NCBI RefSeq assembly: GCF_018350175.1
Contig: NC_058368.1
Coordinates: forward strand, 116,810,001-116,874,000
Source of the DNA: Felis catus
Taxonomy: Eukaryota
Reading direction: 5' to 3'
DNA: 64,000 nucleotides
In this document: piece by piece, positions 49,640 through 58,866 of the stretch
Position numbering within the stretch: the first letter of the stretch is position 1
Layout: every line of letters begins with the position of its first letter
Translations under genes and position numbers: made by a program
Notes under the pieces: model-generated
What the model was told of the DNA's origin: nothing
Database searches by the model: none
What the model saw: the letters and a program-made list of their open reading frames with translations, nothing else

Positions 49640-50563
49640 CCTCAAAAATGAATAAACATTACAAGAAATTTTTTTAAAGATTGCTTTGGCTATTTAGGGT
49701 CTTTTGTGGTTCTGTACAAATTTTAAGATTTTCTCTTTCTGTGAAAAATACCATTGGAAATTTGGTAAGGATTGCATTGACTCTATAGTAATATTAATTC
49801 TTCCAACCCCTGAGCACAGAATATCTTCCCATTTATTTGTGTCATTTCTTCAGTTTTTTCCATAAACATGTTAGAGTTTAGAGTACAGGTCTTTCACCTC
49901 CTTGATTAAATTTATTCCTAGTTCTTTTATTGCCTGTTCTGCTTTAACCCAGTACATTTTCCATCCCATTCCCAGGCAAAATAATCACGACCACATTCTT
50001 TAGGAAATTCTGCACAAAGAACCAAAAATATGTCCCTAGAAAATTAGACTTCCAGACCCCTGGTGAGAAAATCTGCCTTCCTGATTGTTTCCGAACACTG
50101 ACCTTGCCCTCAGGCTCAAAGAAATAACCCCTGATTTCTTGGGGGGCGGGGGAGCCAGGGTTGTCTGTGCAGCTTCCCCTGTATCCTACCCACTAGCGTG
50201 ACCTGGAAGGCGTGTGTTGACTCTCACTGACTTGGGATGTTTTGTCTTTCAGAACCAGAGGCAGGAGAAGTGTCCCCTCCAGTGGGTGCTGGTGTCAACA
50301 GCAACAGCTGGACCTTTAAATACGGACCAGGCAACCCCAAACAATCTGGTCCCGGTGAGTTGCCAGACAAATTCATTATCCCAGGATCTCCTGCAATCAT
50401 CTCCATCCGGCAGGAGCCTACTAACAGCCAAATTGACAAAAGTGACTTCATAACCTTCGGCAAAAAGGAGGAGACCAAGAAAAAGAAGAAAAAGAAGAAG
50501 GGTAACAAGACCCAGGAAAAAAAAGAGAAAGGGAACAGCACGACTGACAACAGTGACCAGTGA
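4488..50563 (+). CDS. PCDHAC2: Protocadherin alpha-C2, spliced A-type CDS: join(4488..7046,16696..16754,19536..19624,50253..50563), 3018 nt, 1005 aa
   Basis: Exon lengths 2559+59+89+311 are frame-consistent, all introns are GT-AG, and the joined protein reads ...[64 protein letters not shown]...DNSDQ*, the recognised PCDHA constant tail. Confidence 0.96.
8318..8408 (+). mobile_element. Short CAN-SINE
   Basis: SINE head plus A tail; TSD ttgtatttcag. Confidence 0.8.
11968..12185 (-). mobile_element. CAN-SINE (SINEC)
   Basis: Reverse SINEC body ending ccacccaggcatcccc. Confidence 0.9.
12437..12651 (-). mobile_element. CAN-SINE (felid SINEC_Fc-like)
   Basis: Poly-T, gcaggctccaggctctgagctgtcagc, ...ccaggtgcccc; flanking tttycttgtctt duplication. 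Confidence 0.9.
13745..13940 (-). mobile_element. CAN-SINE nested in Tigger
   Basis: Reverse SINEC body. Confidence 0.85.
14013..14228 (+). mobile_element. CAN-SINE (SINEC_Fc-like) nested in Tigger
   Basis: Full SINE body; TSD aagaaaatcataa. Confidence 0.9.
16696..16754 (+). CDS. PCDHAC2: PCDHA constant exon 1 (59 nt), shared by all alpha isoforms
   Basis: Acceptor ttttgcag|CCA, encodes [19 protein letters not shown](S), donor CAG|gtatgt; branch-like TTAAC upstream. Confidence 0.97.
19536..19624 (+). CDS. PCDHAC2: PCDHA constant exon 2 (89 nt)
   Basis: Acceptor tttactcag|C, encodes (S)[29 protein letters not shown](E), donor CAG|gtaaag; branch-like CTAAC at ~19503. Confidence 0.97.
19862..20078 (-). 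mobile_element. CAN-SINE (SINEC)
   Basis: Reverse body ending ccaggcgcccc; flanking gcatcttt duplication. Confidence 0.9.
22797..22937. mobile_element. MER5A-like hAT-Charlie remnant
   Basis: cagtggttctc...aatctgtgtttaacaagccctcca...aaagtttaagaac. Confidence 0.7.
25724..25940 (+). mobile_element. CAN-SINE, preceded by a short L1 3' tail (~25640-25712)
   Basis: Full SINE body; TSD aaaggat(a/g)tttgt. Confidence 0.88.
27156..28112 (-). mobile_element. MaLR (MLT1) remnant: partial LTR, internal segment, LTR
   Basis: Two LTR-type ends (tgtattagtttc at 27156, tgtattcatttc at ~27632) separated by MaLR-internal junction sequence (ccccactttcaggtaccaaaatc). Confidence 0.7.
29814..30060 (+). mobile_element. 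CAN-SINE (SINEC)
   Basis: Full body; TSD aaaatccttattcatt. Confidence 0.9.
30080..30165. repeat. Compound microsatellite (TC)n(AC)n
   Basis: Read directly. Confidence 0.95.
30922..31143 (+). mobile_element. CAN-SINE (SINEC)
   Basis: Full body; TSD aagaaaggaggctct. Confidence 0.9.
31552..31753 (-). mobile_element. CAN-SINE (SINEC_Fc-like) in L1
   Basis: TSD tgactgtctt. Confidence 0.9.
32680..32898 (-). mobile_element. Young felid SINEC_Fc-like element in L1
   Basis: CpG-rich body, long poly-T, TSD attttgag. Confidence 0.9.
33771..33998 (+). mobile_element. CAN-SINE (SINEC)
   Basis: Full body with (TC)n; flanking tggttttg duplication. Confidence 0.88.
34440..34560. mobile_element. MER91-like hAT remnant
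   Basis: ggggccttgcacttagaagggcc...cttaataatttt...gggccctgcaaatcatgtagctggtcctg. Confidence 0.6.
35003..35210 (-). mobile_element. Short old L1 (L1MA/MB-type) 3' end
   Basis: gcagctttaggttcac...aaagtccatagtttac; TSD cttccaaatattttt at ~34988 and 35211. Confidence 0.8.
35235..35572 (-). mobile_element. Two adjacent antisense CAN-SINEs (35235-35430, 35465-35572)
   Basis: Both end in gagccacccagg/gagccagccagg...cccc. Confidence 0.82.
36174..36373 (-). mobile_element. CAN-SINE (SINEC_Fc-like)
   Basis: Reverse SINEC body within a MIR-like segment. Confidence 0.88.
36580..37045 (-). mobile_element. Solo ERV1-class LTR (466 bp)
   Basis: TG...CA termini with exact 4-bp TSD CTTA (36576-36579, 37046-37049); TATA-like CTATATAAA on the - strand at ~36790. 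Confidence 0.82.
37340..37543 (+). mobile_element. CAN-SINE, left arm of tail-to-tail pair
   Basis: ggggcaccagggtggctcag...aataaacataataataaaaaaaa. Confidence 0.9.
37544..37752 (-). mobile_element. CAN-SINE, right arm of tail-to-tail pair
   Basis: aatgtttatttatttttgag...gagctacccaggcactcc. Confidence 0.9.
39045..39176 (-). mobile_element. Short CAN-SINE
   Basis: Poly-T ... gagccacccaggcacccc; flanking ggaaat duplication. Confidence 0.82.
39984..40074. repeat. Compound microsatellite (AC)n(GA)n
   Basis: Read directly. Confidence 0.95.
41576..41920 (-). mobile_element. SINEC (41686-41920) abutting a polyadenylated LTR-like fragment (41576-41685)
   Basis: The - strand reads SINE, A tail, ...CTTTAATAAAATCACCTTTTTGCACC, second A-rich tail; flanked by cagagggcag at 41563 and 41921. 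Confidence 0.75.
42086..42305 (-). mobile_element. CAN-SINE (SINEC_Fc-like)
   Basis: TSD tctattaaag. Confidence 0.9.
42434..42633 (-). mobile_element. CAN-SINE (SINEC)
   Basis: TSD atagagtctt. Confidence 0.88.
43910..45230 (-). mobile_element. Ancient LINE-2 remnant
   Basis: Purine-rich degraded L2-like strings (aagtatttatt...tgtgctagac, ttttaagcagaggagtgatgtaatctggttt, ccactggctttggcaat). Confidence 0.65.
46760..47085 (+). mobile_element. Two tandem CAN-SINEs in L1 (second is partial)
   Basis: SINE bodies at ~46760-46960 and 46966-47085. Confidence 0.82.
47495..48069 (-). mobile_element. ERV1-like solo LTR inserted in L1, containing a short SINE (~47920-48028)
   Basis: TG...CA termini, near-TSD ATAT/ATAC, L1 resumes colinearly on both sides; the inner SINE is flanked by cctgactccatta. 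Confidence 0.7.
48937..49190 (-). mobile_element. Very young felid SINEC_Fc
   Basis: CpGs intact, (TATT)n tail, perfect 15-bp TSD ccaaaaccatttcct (48922-48936, 49191-49205). Confidence 0.95.
49436..49677 (+). mobile_element. CAN-SINE (SINEC_Fc-like) in L1
   Basis: TSD aagattgctttggct. Confidence 0.92.
50253..50563 (+). CDS. PCDHAC2: PCDHA constant exon 3, coding part (A-type tail with PxxP-type motifs, WIRS motif FITFGK and Lys-rich end)
   Basis: Acceptor tttgtctttcag|AA, encodes (E)[40 protein letters not shown]...[31 protein letters not shown] at 50561-50563. Confidence 0.97.
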
Positions 50564-50793
50564 GGTCATCTCATGGAAACAAGCCACTTAGCCAGTTTTT
50601 GTAATAATGGCAAATCTCTCCCATGTAGCAACTCCCCACTCCCTTCTCCTATCTCCATGAGCCCTCTCTTATAGACCTCAGAAATCTGCAGAAAGTTCCC
50701 TGTGTCTGTGTAGATCACATTTAAGAGGTTTTGTCTTAAAAGCTTTACTAAGTCTGGTGTTAACTCTTTCTCTCCACTCTGGCTTGTTTTCAG

Positions 50794-50864
50794 AACCTAA
50801 AAAGCAGACCCAAGTTTCCTTTCTCCTCCGCCGCAAAGGAGAAGCTTCCCAGCCCCGCCAGTGA
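50794..50864 (+). CDS. PCDHAC2: PCDHA B-type alternative terminal coding segment (EPKKQTQVSFLLRRKGEASQPRQ*)
   Basis: Internal donor CCG|gtgagt at 50354/50355, pyrimidine tract and acceptor ttttcag|AA at 50793/50794; the join is in frame and gives the recognised B-type tail, TGA 50862-50864. Confidence 0.9.
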
Positions 50865-52947
50865 GAGGTTGGACTCTCTGCCCTGTGCTCCGGGGATCCT
50901 GTCTTGATGACACTTGCAGGGCAGGCTCAAAGGTTTTGAGATTGAGCAGCTTGGGTGTCTGTGGCCACTGGGTTTGTGTGGTTACCGTGGGCGTGTGAGT
51001 GCCAGACATTGGCTGGGATGGGCCAGATGAGACTAGTTGGTGCAAGGAGGGCTGGGAAACAAAGGCAAAGAAACAGTGGGAGTTGCCAATCCAGGGGGAA
51101 CGTGAACTAAAAGGGACCAGACTTTCTAAATCTTACAACTCAAGAGGCAGTGGCCACCCTCTCGCAGACAAAACCACCCCTGCCGACAAGGCTTTGGGCA
51201 TCCTCAAGTCTGTTGGCTGTGGTGTCATTATCCCTAAAACCTGCATTACACCTACAAGCCAACAGTTCAGTGTTGAACGGGGCCAACCAGGGCACCAGAA
51301 GCAGATCTGATGTGTTTGCTGTGCGTCCTTGTGCTCACTTTATCAAAAATTCTTTTGCACACAATGTTTATGAAAAGGCTAGATCCTTTTCCAACACATA
51401 TGCAAAAGCAGAAGCGAAAGAAAACCCCAACACCTCACTTTATGCTGTTTGTTGTTTGATAGATTTATTTAAAAAAGAGAAAATCTATGACTATAAATCT
51501 TTAAAGAGAAATATGATGAGTCCCCCCTCAACTCCTCAAAAGAGAATCCAGTCTACAGCCATTTAAATGATCATTGCTGCTACAGAAGTGCTTTAAGAGA
51601 ATTGCCTGAAACATCTGTATTATACCGGCCACCTGCCAATCACAGCTTTACTCTTTCAGGTCACTCTGGGGCTGCCTCTTGCATGTATTAATTACTAAAT
51701 AAAAGGATCTTTCTCTGTCTCTTTTCTAAGAAACAATTACGTGCACTTTGAATACACAGTACCTTCTCTAGCCAACTATATCAAGACCCCGAAATTGAAG
51801 AAAAATAATTGTTTTCTCATACACACAGTGAGCCGACTTTTCAATCCTCGAATTCTGTGATTTGTCTTGGTGTGCCAGCCCACACCTTCTCTTTGGTTTA
51901 GTTTTCCTTTTTTAGAACACTCTGAATTGCTAATCTTGCTGACACCTATGATGTTACCTGAAATCAATCTCCCATATGTATGCTGTATGCTATTATAAGA
52001 CTCCTGAAATATACTTACTCCGTGCTTGTGTATGTGAATGTTAATGCAACTATACCTAGAGTGAACTTTAAGCTTTATTGTTGAATGTAATTCCATTATA
52101 TTTCCTTTTGTACACCTGTGAAAAAGTGGAGTAGTGTTTTTTTAACCATTGTTAATCAGCTTTTGTGTATGAAAGACACAGTAAAATTTCTTTCTTAAAT
52201 CAAGACACTGGTGATTCAAGGAATTTTATTTATGGTCAGCCAAGAGCTGTCTCTTGCCAAGACTCCCTCTGGCAAGGGAATAGATAGAGCTGTTTTTTTC
52301 TAGTAACAATTCTGGAATGAATAACGTGGTTATTCCCTGAGGGTATGCAAGCACAAAATTTACCAATCTGACCTCTCTGAAGTCACAGAATGCTTTGAAA
52401 TTATAATGACATCTGGAATATCAGCTCATAGCGAAGAATAAAATTTACTGTCACCTTAAATAAGAAATTTTAATTTTGTTAAAATGTACGATTTAGAAGT
52501 TTAATTACATTATCTTTTAAACGTTATCATAAAAGGTAGGAGTCTGTTATTAAAACAAAAACATTAAATCTCAAAAAAAAAAAAAAGCCTGTTCTGTCTG
52601 CTTTTAGCTTCATTCTCCCATGTTTTGAAGGGTGTGTAACTTCAGCTCTGCAGGATTGCATGGGGTAAAACTTGTTGCCAACACATGTGAACCATTGCTA
52701 CATTGTAGGTTGTGATCATTTTGCCCCACTGAAACCCATGTATCTGACCTTACGTGCCTTTTGAATACTAGGAGAATCGGGCTAATTTATTAATGATGAT
52801 AATTATGATGTATCTGTACAGCACTTTTTACATTTGCGAAGTGCTTTCCAGTCCATGTTAGTTACTAGTTATTACAGCTGTAAGGATAAAACACGCCATG
52901 TGGATTCATTTTTAATTGGTGCTATTGGTATTTATTCTGTTATTGCT

Positions 52948-52953
52948 AATAAA
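52948..52953 (+). terminator. Distal polyadenylation signal AATAAA
   Basis: Canonical hexamer at the end of the repeat-free UTR, followed by GT/T-rich sequence (tggtggtcatttct). Confidence 0.75.
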
Positions 52954-53445
52954 TGGAAAATGGTGGTATGAAAGAAATGGTGGTCATTTCTCAGTATAAG
53001 AGTAGGAGAAAATAGAACGCTGATTATCATTAGCTGTTATTTTTGAAGAAGTTTGCAGTATGACTCTTAGAGTATCGCTCTCTGGCTATGTCCCTGGCTT
53101 TTGTGTTTATCACTAAGGCGAAACGCTCGATGGAATCAAGACTCAGACTCTACAGTATTACTAGAAAGGGCAGTCAGGAGGCTTCGGGGTCACTTCCCGA
53201 TACACTGTTTCTGTCTTCTCTAGTAAGAATTGCAACAAACCAATTTTTTATCCCTGGAGCCTTCCAGTCATCTTATTCATTACGTGTTTAGCCTTTGCTC
53301 TTCTCTCCAGTTGGGCAAATAATGCCCCCAGGAAATAAAATTTTATGCATGCAGGGCACATGGTAGCCACTGTATGAAGTAGGTTCAGTTCACAGTCTAT
53401 ATTCCGTAACAAATAGATCTTCCTTTTGTAGTTAAATTTTATGAG

Positions 53446-53661
53446 CAGTTATTCTCAACTGGGAGCAATTTTGCTTCTCAGGGGACGTTTGGCAACATCT
53501 GGAGACATTTTTGGTTTTGCTACTTGGGTGGAAGTTCTTCTGGCATCTAATGGGCAGAGGCCACAGATGCTGCTAAGCACCCTATAAGGCACAAGACAGC
53601 CCCCCACAGCGAAGAGTTTTCCAGCCCCAAATGTCAATAGTACCAAGATTGAAAAATATTG
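53446..53661. mobile_element. MER20 hAT-Charlie element
   Basis: cagttattctcaactggg...ggggacgtttggcaacatctggagacatttttggtt...ccagccccaaatgtcaatagt. Confidence 0.85.
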
Positions 53662-55145
53662 AAACAGAATGAGCATATAATTTGTTGTTGAATCTATTTT
53701 TGAGATGGAAAGGGAACACCATTAATAATTGGGATACAAAATTTAAGCTGGGCTTAAATCCCAGTTTGCCTTGTATGGTGACTCTACTTACAGAAAGAAA
53801 GAGAAACTGACATTACACTAGATCTTAACTAACTGGAATATAAATAAAAAGTTGGGAAAACAGAAAGAAAAGAGAAAGAAAGAAGTAGAGGAAAGGAAGA
53901 AAGAAGAAAGAAAAAGAAAGAAAAAGCAAGCAAGCCAGTACAGCTCTATAACTTGTTAGCTGGGGAACCTTGGGCAAACCACTATGTCTCTCAGTTTTTC
54001 AGCCTCTGTTTCATCATCTGTCAAATGGGAATAATTCTAGTACAGACCTTATAGATTTGTGGGGAAGATACAGCAAGATAACCTCAAAAAGGTTTTAGCA
54101 CAGTTTCTGGCGCACTGCTAGATAGTTGTTATTATTAATAATCCTTTTCTTCCATCTCCTCACCCTTTTTCAGAAGTTTAGCTGCTATACTCAGGACAAT
54201 TTTCCCTATTGATTAAAATGTGAGTGACAGATTATAAAACATAAACTTTGCAATAAAAATATTTTTACTCCTTCATATTTTTGCTCACCTCTGAAGGAAA
54301 AGAGGTGAAGTGAGTTTCCTAACTCTTCACTTATTTCTATCCTGAATAATAATGAGGTTTCTAAGTGGTCAGGCAACCATTCTGTTTACAGCTGTTCCAC
54401 GTCAATGATCTGAAAGCCAGAGATCAAAGGGTTTAGAAGTCACTTTGCATGTTCAAATGAATAAATTCCACATGAGCTTAAGTACAACAACTTGAGAAAG
54501 AGAAGAGTTACTTCCACAACTTCTTTTGGCGAATGGGCAACTCAGGAACAAACCAAGTTTCTCTCTCTTAAGACTTCTTGATGTGGGTCTTATAGAGAGA
54601 ATGCAGGATTCATGCTTTCGAAGAATTACAATTCATCCAATTTTAAAGGATAAGGTTCCCCAGTGAGTGTTCAGAGCCTTTGCTGTTGGCTTTTAGGCTA
54701 AAGTCAGATTCTAAGTAAGTCGCAAGATGTCATATTAGTATATTTTATGTTTTATAAATTCAGAACTCAAAGCACAAATGTAGTTGACCAAACACTAAAT
54801 CAATTCTAATATTAAATCCAGATTTTCAAGCCCCCAAAACAACAAGAGGCATGCTAAAACAAACACATAAAAAACTACAGATAAGCTTCCTTAGGATTTG
54901 AAAGCCCCAAGAGCTTTCCTAAATAGATGGCAAGTTGGCCTCTCCTTGACCCTCTTTCATCACTTTTGTATGTGTTTCCTCTTCTTGGAGAAAAAGCTGA
55001 TCACATAATTTACCCCAGAATTCACTTGACTGTTGACTAGCAGGACATACACTTGCAACCTGAGATACCTCTCTGATTTTTATGCAGACACACATACACA
55101 CACAGAGACTTTTCTGTTCTAATAAAGCAGGGGGCTTTAGCAAAG

Positions 55146-55926
55146 GAGCAATGTGCTCTTCTTCCTGGGAAGTTGGACCTAAGAGTGATCAGTAGCAACC
55201 CTATTGTCAGAACCCTTAGGTAAAGTGCTTGTTGGTTCCCATTTTCTCCATGGGGTTGATCCATGGGGAAATGCCTGCCGAAACATGAAATCTTAAAAGT
55301 TTTTTTGCCTCAAAAAAAAATCTGAGTTTATCTCTAGGCTTAGGTTCCTGTGAGAAAGAGACTGCTTGATTTACTTCCATAGCATGGAGTCTAGTCTGCA
55401 TAAAGAAATAAGGGAGATTAGGTAGTGAAAAACACAAAGCCCAGCAATTTGTTAGGTTATGCAATTATCCTGTGACTGGGGAATCATCAATCCTCAAAGA
55501 ACATGAACAATTCAACCACTGAGCCAGCAGCTGGTCTTAGAGCAGAGCTCAACTGAGGCATAAACAGGCAGGAGACTTAATTAAATAGCTCCCATTTTTA
55601 AGGTCAGCTTTCACTAGTCTAACTTGATTTAATTTTATGTGACATTTGATTTTTATTATAAAAGTAATCATGTTCTTTATAAATTAGAATCTTAACAATT
55701 CTCTCTCACACAAATATCCGATGTCAACACATTCAGGTGTGTTTTTCCACATTTTTCTCACGTGCATGTGTGTGCATGCCCACAAACACACCACACACAC
55801 ACACACACACACACTCATAATTAGGAAGGAGACTTTAGTCAATGAGCATGGTGCTCTTCTCCCTTAGAAGTTGTGCGTAAGAGTGGTATGTAGCAACCCT
55901 ATTGCCATAACAAGTTAGGTAAAATG
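55146..55926 (+). repeat. Diverged direct duplication of a ~82-bp unit (55146-55227 and 55844-55926)
   Basis: Hand alignment gives about 80% identity, with exact cores gtgctcttct, taagagtg, gtagcaaccctattg and ttaggtaaa. Confidence 0.85.
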
Positions 55927-55944
55927 TAGAAAATTAAACTTATG

Positions 55945-56050
55945 GGGGGCACCTGCCTGGCTCTGTCAGCAGAGCATGTGACTCTTGATCTTGGGGTTGT
56001 AATTGGGTATAGAGATTACTTACAAATTTAAAAAATCTTAAAAAAAAAGA
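55945..56050 (+). mobile_element. Short CAN-SINE
   Basis: TSD ttaaacttatg. Confidence 0.8.
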
Positions 56051-57616
56051 AAGTTAAACTTATGTGATATATGCATATCATATGCATAAGTGTAATTGTT
56101 TTCCTTTTCAAATTAAAAAAAAGATAAGCCATGCTTGTTACTCTGAAGCTTTTTTTTTTAAATTTACAGTAACATGGAGATTTCACCAGTTAACTCTAAA
56201 TCACTTCTTTTAATTCCTGTACAAATTTCATATAATGGCCAGATGATAAGGTCATAATGCATTCACCTTTTCTTTTATTAATGGACATTTAAGCTAACCC
56301 AAATTTTTGTGACTAGAAACAAAAAATGGCACTCATGTGCAATGATAAATTCAGTACCTGGGCTTTATAGTGTATCCCAAAGGGGAAATTTGGAAGGACT
56401 TTATGAACTTTATGCGACTCCCTCTAGAGTAGAATAACCCAGACCTTTGTCTGAACACATGCTCAGTTTCATACTCAATGCTAAACTATGGCTCTGTTTA
56501 TATAGATGAATGATGAAAACAGAAGAGACATTCACAAGAGAGACAGAAGTAAGGAAAATGTGCTTTCATTTACTTGCCCCAAATCATTTCTTGGGAGCTC
56601 CATTTCACCCAAAGACTCTTCTTCATCCAGTCACAGATTGAGGTGCACGTATGAAAGAGGGAGCCTGGAAGACAGTTCAAATACTTGCTTAGGCCCATGC
56701 TATGTTAATATCATCTGGTTGAATATTGCACAGAAAGCAGTGTGATTTTCTTCAAGGTTGTTATATCCTAGCTGAGAAGTAGACATCTGTGGAACAGATT
56801 TCATTTTAAGAAAAATAAATTGTTTATCAATAATGACTCTGAGACAGCCACGGAATCAGGGTAGCCATTCATGTGTTAATCTCTCAGTTACAAAATCATC
56901 TGGATCACAGCTTTGAAAGGTCTTCCTCCCTAAATTATTGATATGTATCGGCCTTTCAAGAAAGAAATACACTCCCGAGTCCTTAGGTTTATTCCATTCT
57001 CTAAGGCTAACAGCATTCATTATCCAGATGAAATACACATTTCTTCTCAACTGCGGTAGCTTTCCAGATCACTTTGCTCTTTGTCTTCCTCAGGCATACG
57101 GCCAATTTTCTGGGAGCCAGGGAGTCTGGAAGCTTCAGTCTTCCTTTCACACCTTTCAAAACGGCACAGTTAGCTTAGAGCCCAGTTGGAGGTCTCGTGG
57201 ACTGGTTCTGGAACGTAGATGGGTAGTGCAATGTTTGGGAGCAGGAGCTCGAACAGACAGTGCTAGATCTAGCCTGGAAATGCCTGTGGGATGGAGAGGT
57301 GGTTTTCTGCAGGCCGAGCTTACATCAGAAACGTAGGAGCATTCAGTAACTTTCTTTGCATAAATTTGGAATGATAGGGCAGAGGGGCCATGGGACAGGT
57401 CCAGTCTGCTGGCAGAGATGTGCATTGTAGAACAGATTTTTGATTGAAGAAGCCAACCCCATCTAGATTAAGCTAGAAAGGACAGTTTATAAGGGCACAG
57501 GTTGTCTCACTGAAACTAAGAATGGGAATGCAGCTGGGCCTCTAGAAGGGACCAGAGGTTAGAAAGCCAGAACTGTTTTGTTTTTGTTTTTTTTTTTTTT
57601 AATGTTATATTTTTTG

Positions 57617-57736
57617 GGCTACCTGGTGGCTCAGTTGGTTGAGTGTCTGACTCCTGATTTCATCTCAGGTCATGATCCCAGGGTGTGGGATGGAGCCCAG
57701 TGTCCGGCTCTGAGATTAGCACGGAGACTGCTTAAG

Positions 57737-57781
<45 letters not shown>

Positions 57782-57843
57782 CTGCCACTCTCCCATGCAC
57801 ATGCTCTCTCTCTCAAAATAAAATGAAGTGGAATAAAATAAAA
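57617..57843 (+). mobile_element. CAN-SINE with long (TC)n
   Basis: SINE head, (TC)n and A-rich tail. Confidence 0.85.
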
Positions 57844-58491
57844 TGTCATCTTCTCTAATTATCTTTCTCCATCTGCTTCATTCTTCCCTATCTCTGCAGA
57901 CCAGTTTTTCTCTCCTTTTCCCATAGCTTCTAAATGTATTTATCCTGGTTCTAGTGGTCCACAAAAACCTGCCTTCTCTTACTAAATACCCATTACAAAT
58001 TCTTCTTGGAGAGAAAAACTAATTGGCTTGCTTTCAGTCAGGTGGTCAACTGTGGTCTCATCAGCTATGGGCCAGTGGGACGTTTGGAGATTCAGACATT
58101 TAGAGACAAATTTAAAAGCTTGCTGACCACTGATATTCCTCAAGTGTAAACTAAACATCAGAGTATAGAATCCCAGAAAGTTAGGGCCTACAGGAAACTT
58201 GTTTAACAAGTAAGAAGACCGAGCAAAGGAAATGTTTCATTCAAGGTCACAGTCAGTAAATGACAAAAGAAAAGTCGTTCTTCTATGACCAGGAACTGCA
58301 AAACCAGAGATCACCAGGAGGGGATAATAGTACCTGTTTCATGAAATCCTTAATAGACATAAGTAGTATAATTTAAGGAGGCCATATTTATTTTATATAG
58401 TCATATGTCATTGCTATTTCTCTTTTTATTCAAAATGTAACTAGCAATATTAATTTCTCTTAAAGAGGAAGTAAAAATAACACAAAATTTT

Positions 58492-58555
58492 ACATATATA
58501 TGTGTATATATATGTGTGTGTGTATATTTGTGTGTGTATATATGTATATATATAC

Positions 58556-58589
<34 letters not shown>
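58492..58589. repeat. (TA)/(TG) low-complexity microsatellite
   Basis: Read directly. Confidence 0.9.
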
Positions 58590-58590
<1 letters not shown>

Positions 58591-58639
58591 TTAAAAATAA
58601 AATATACAGAAGCCCAGACCTTGGAGAGTAGCCAGGGAA

Positions 58640-58866
58640 GTTTTGTTTTGTTTTGTTTTTTGGGTTTATTTATTTACTTGGAGACAGAGAGTGCACAAGT
58701 GGGGCAGGGGCAGAGAGAGAAAGGAAGAGAGAGAGAAAATCACAAGCAGGCTGTGAGCTGTCAGCGTGGAGCCTGATGAAGGGCTCAATCTTCCAAACTG
58801 AGAGATCATGACCTGAGCTGAAATCAAGAGTCAGACACTTAACCAGCTGAGCCACCTAGGTGCCCT
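58640..58866 (-). mobile_element. CAN-SINE (SINEC)
   Basis: Reverse body ending gagccacctaggtgccc. Confidence 0.88.

Larger units (their letters stand above)
46542..49930 (-). mobile_element. 5'-truncated LINE-1 (3'UTR and ORF2 C-terminal remnant) with nested LTR and five SINEs
   Basis: ORF2 fragments on the - strand: [21 protein letters not shown]...[21 protein letters not shown] and [16 protein letters not shown]. Confidence 0.92.
50564..52975 (+). other. PCDHA common 3'UTR (A-type), ~2.4 kb
   Basis: Repeat-free sequence from the stop to AATAAA at 52948-52953, with many miRNA seed matches; 3' end position inferred. Confidence 0.8.
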
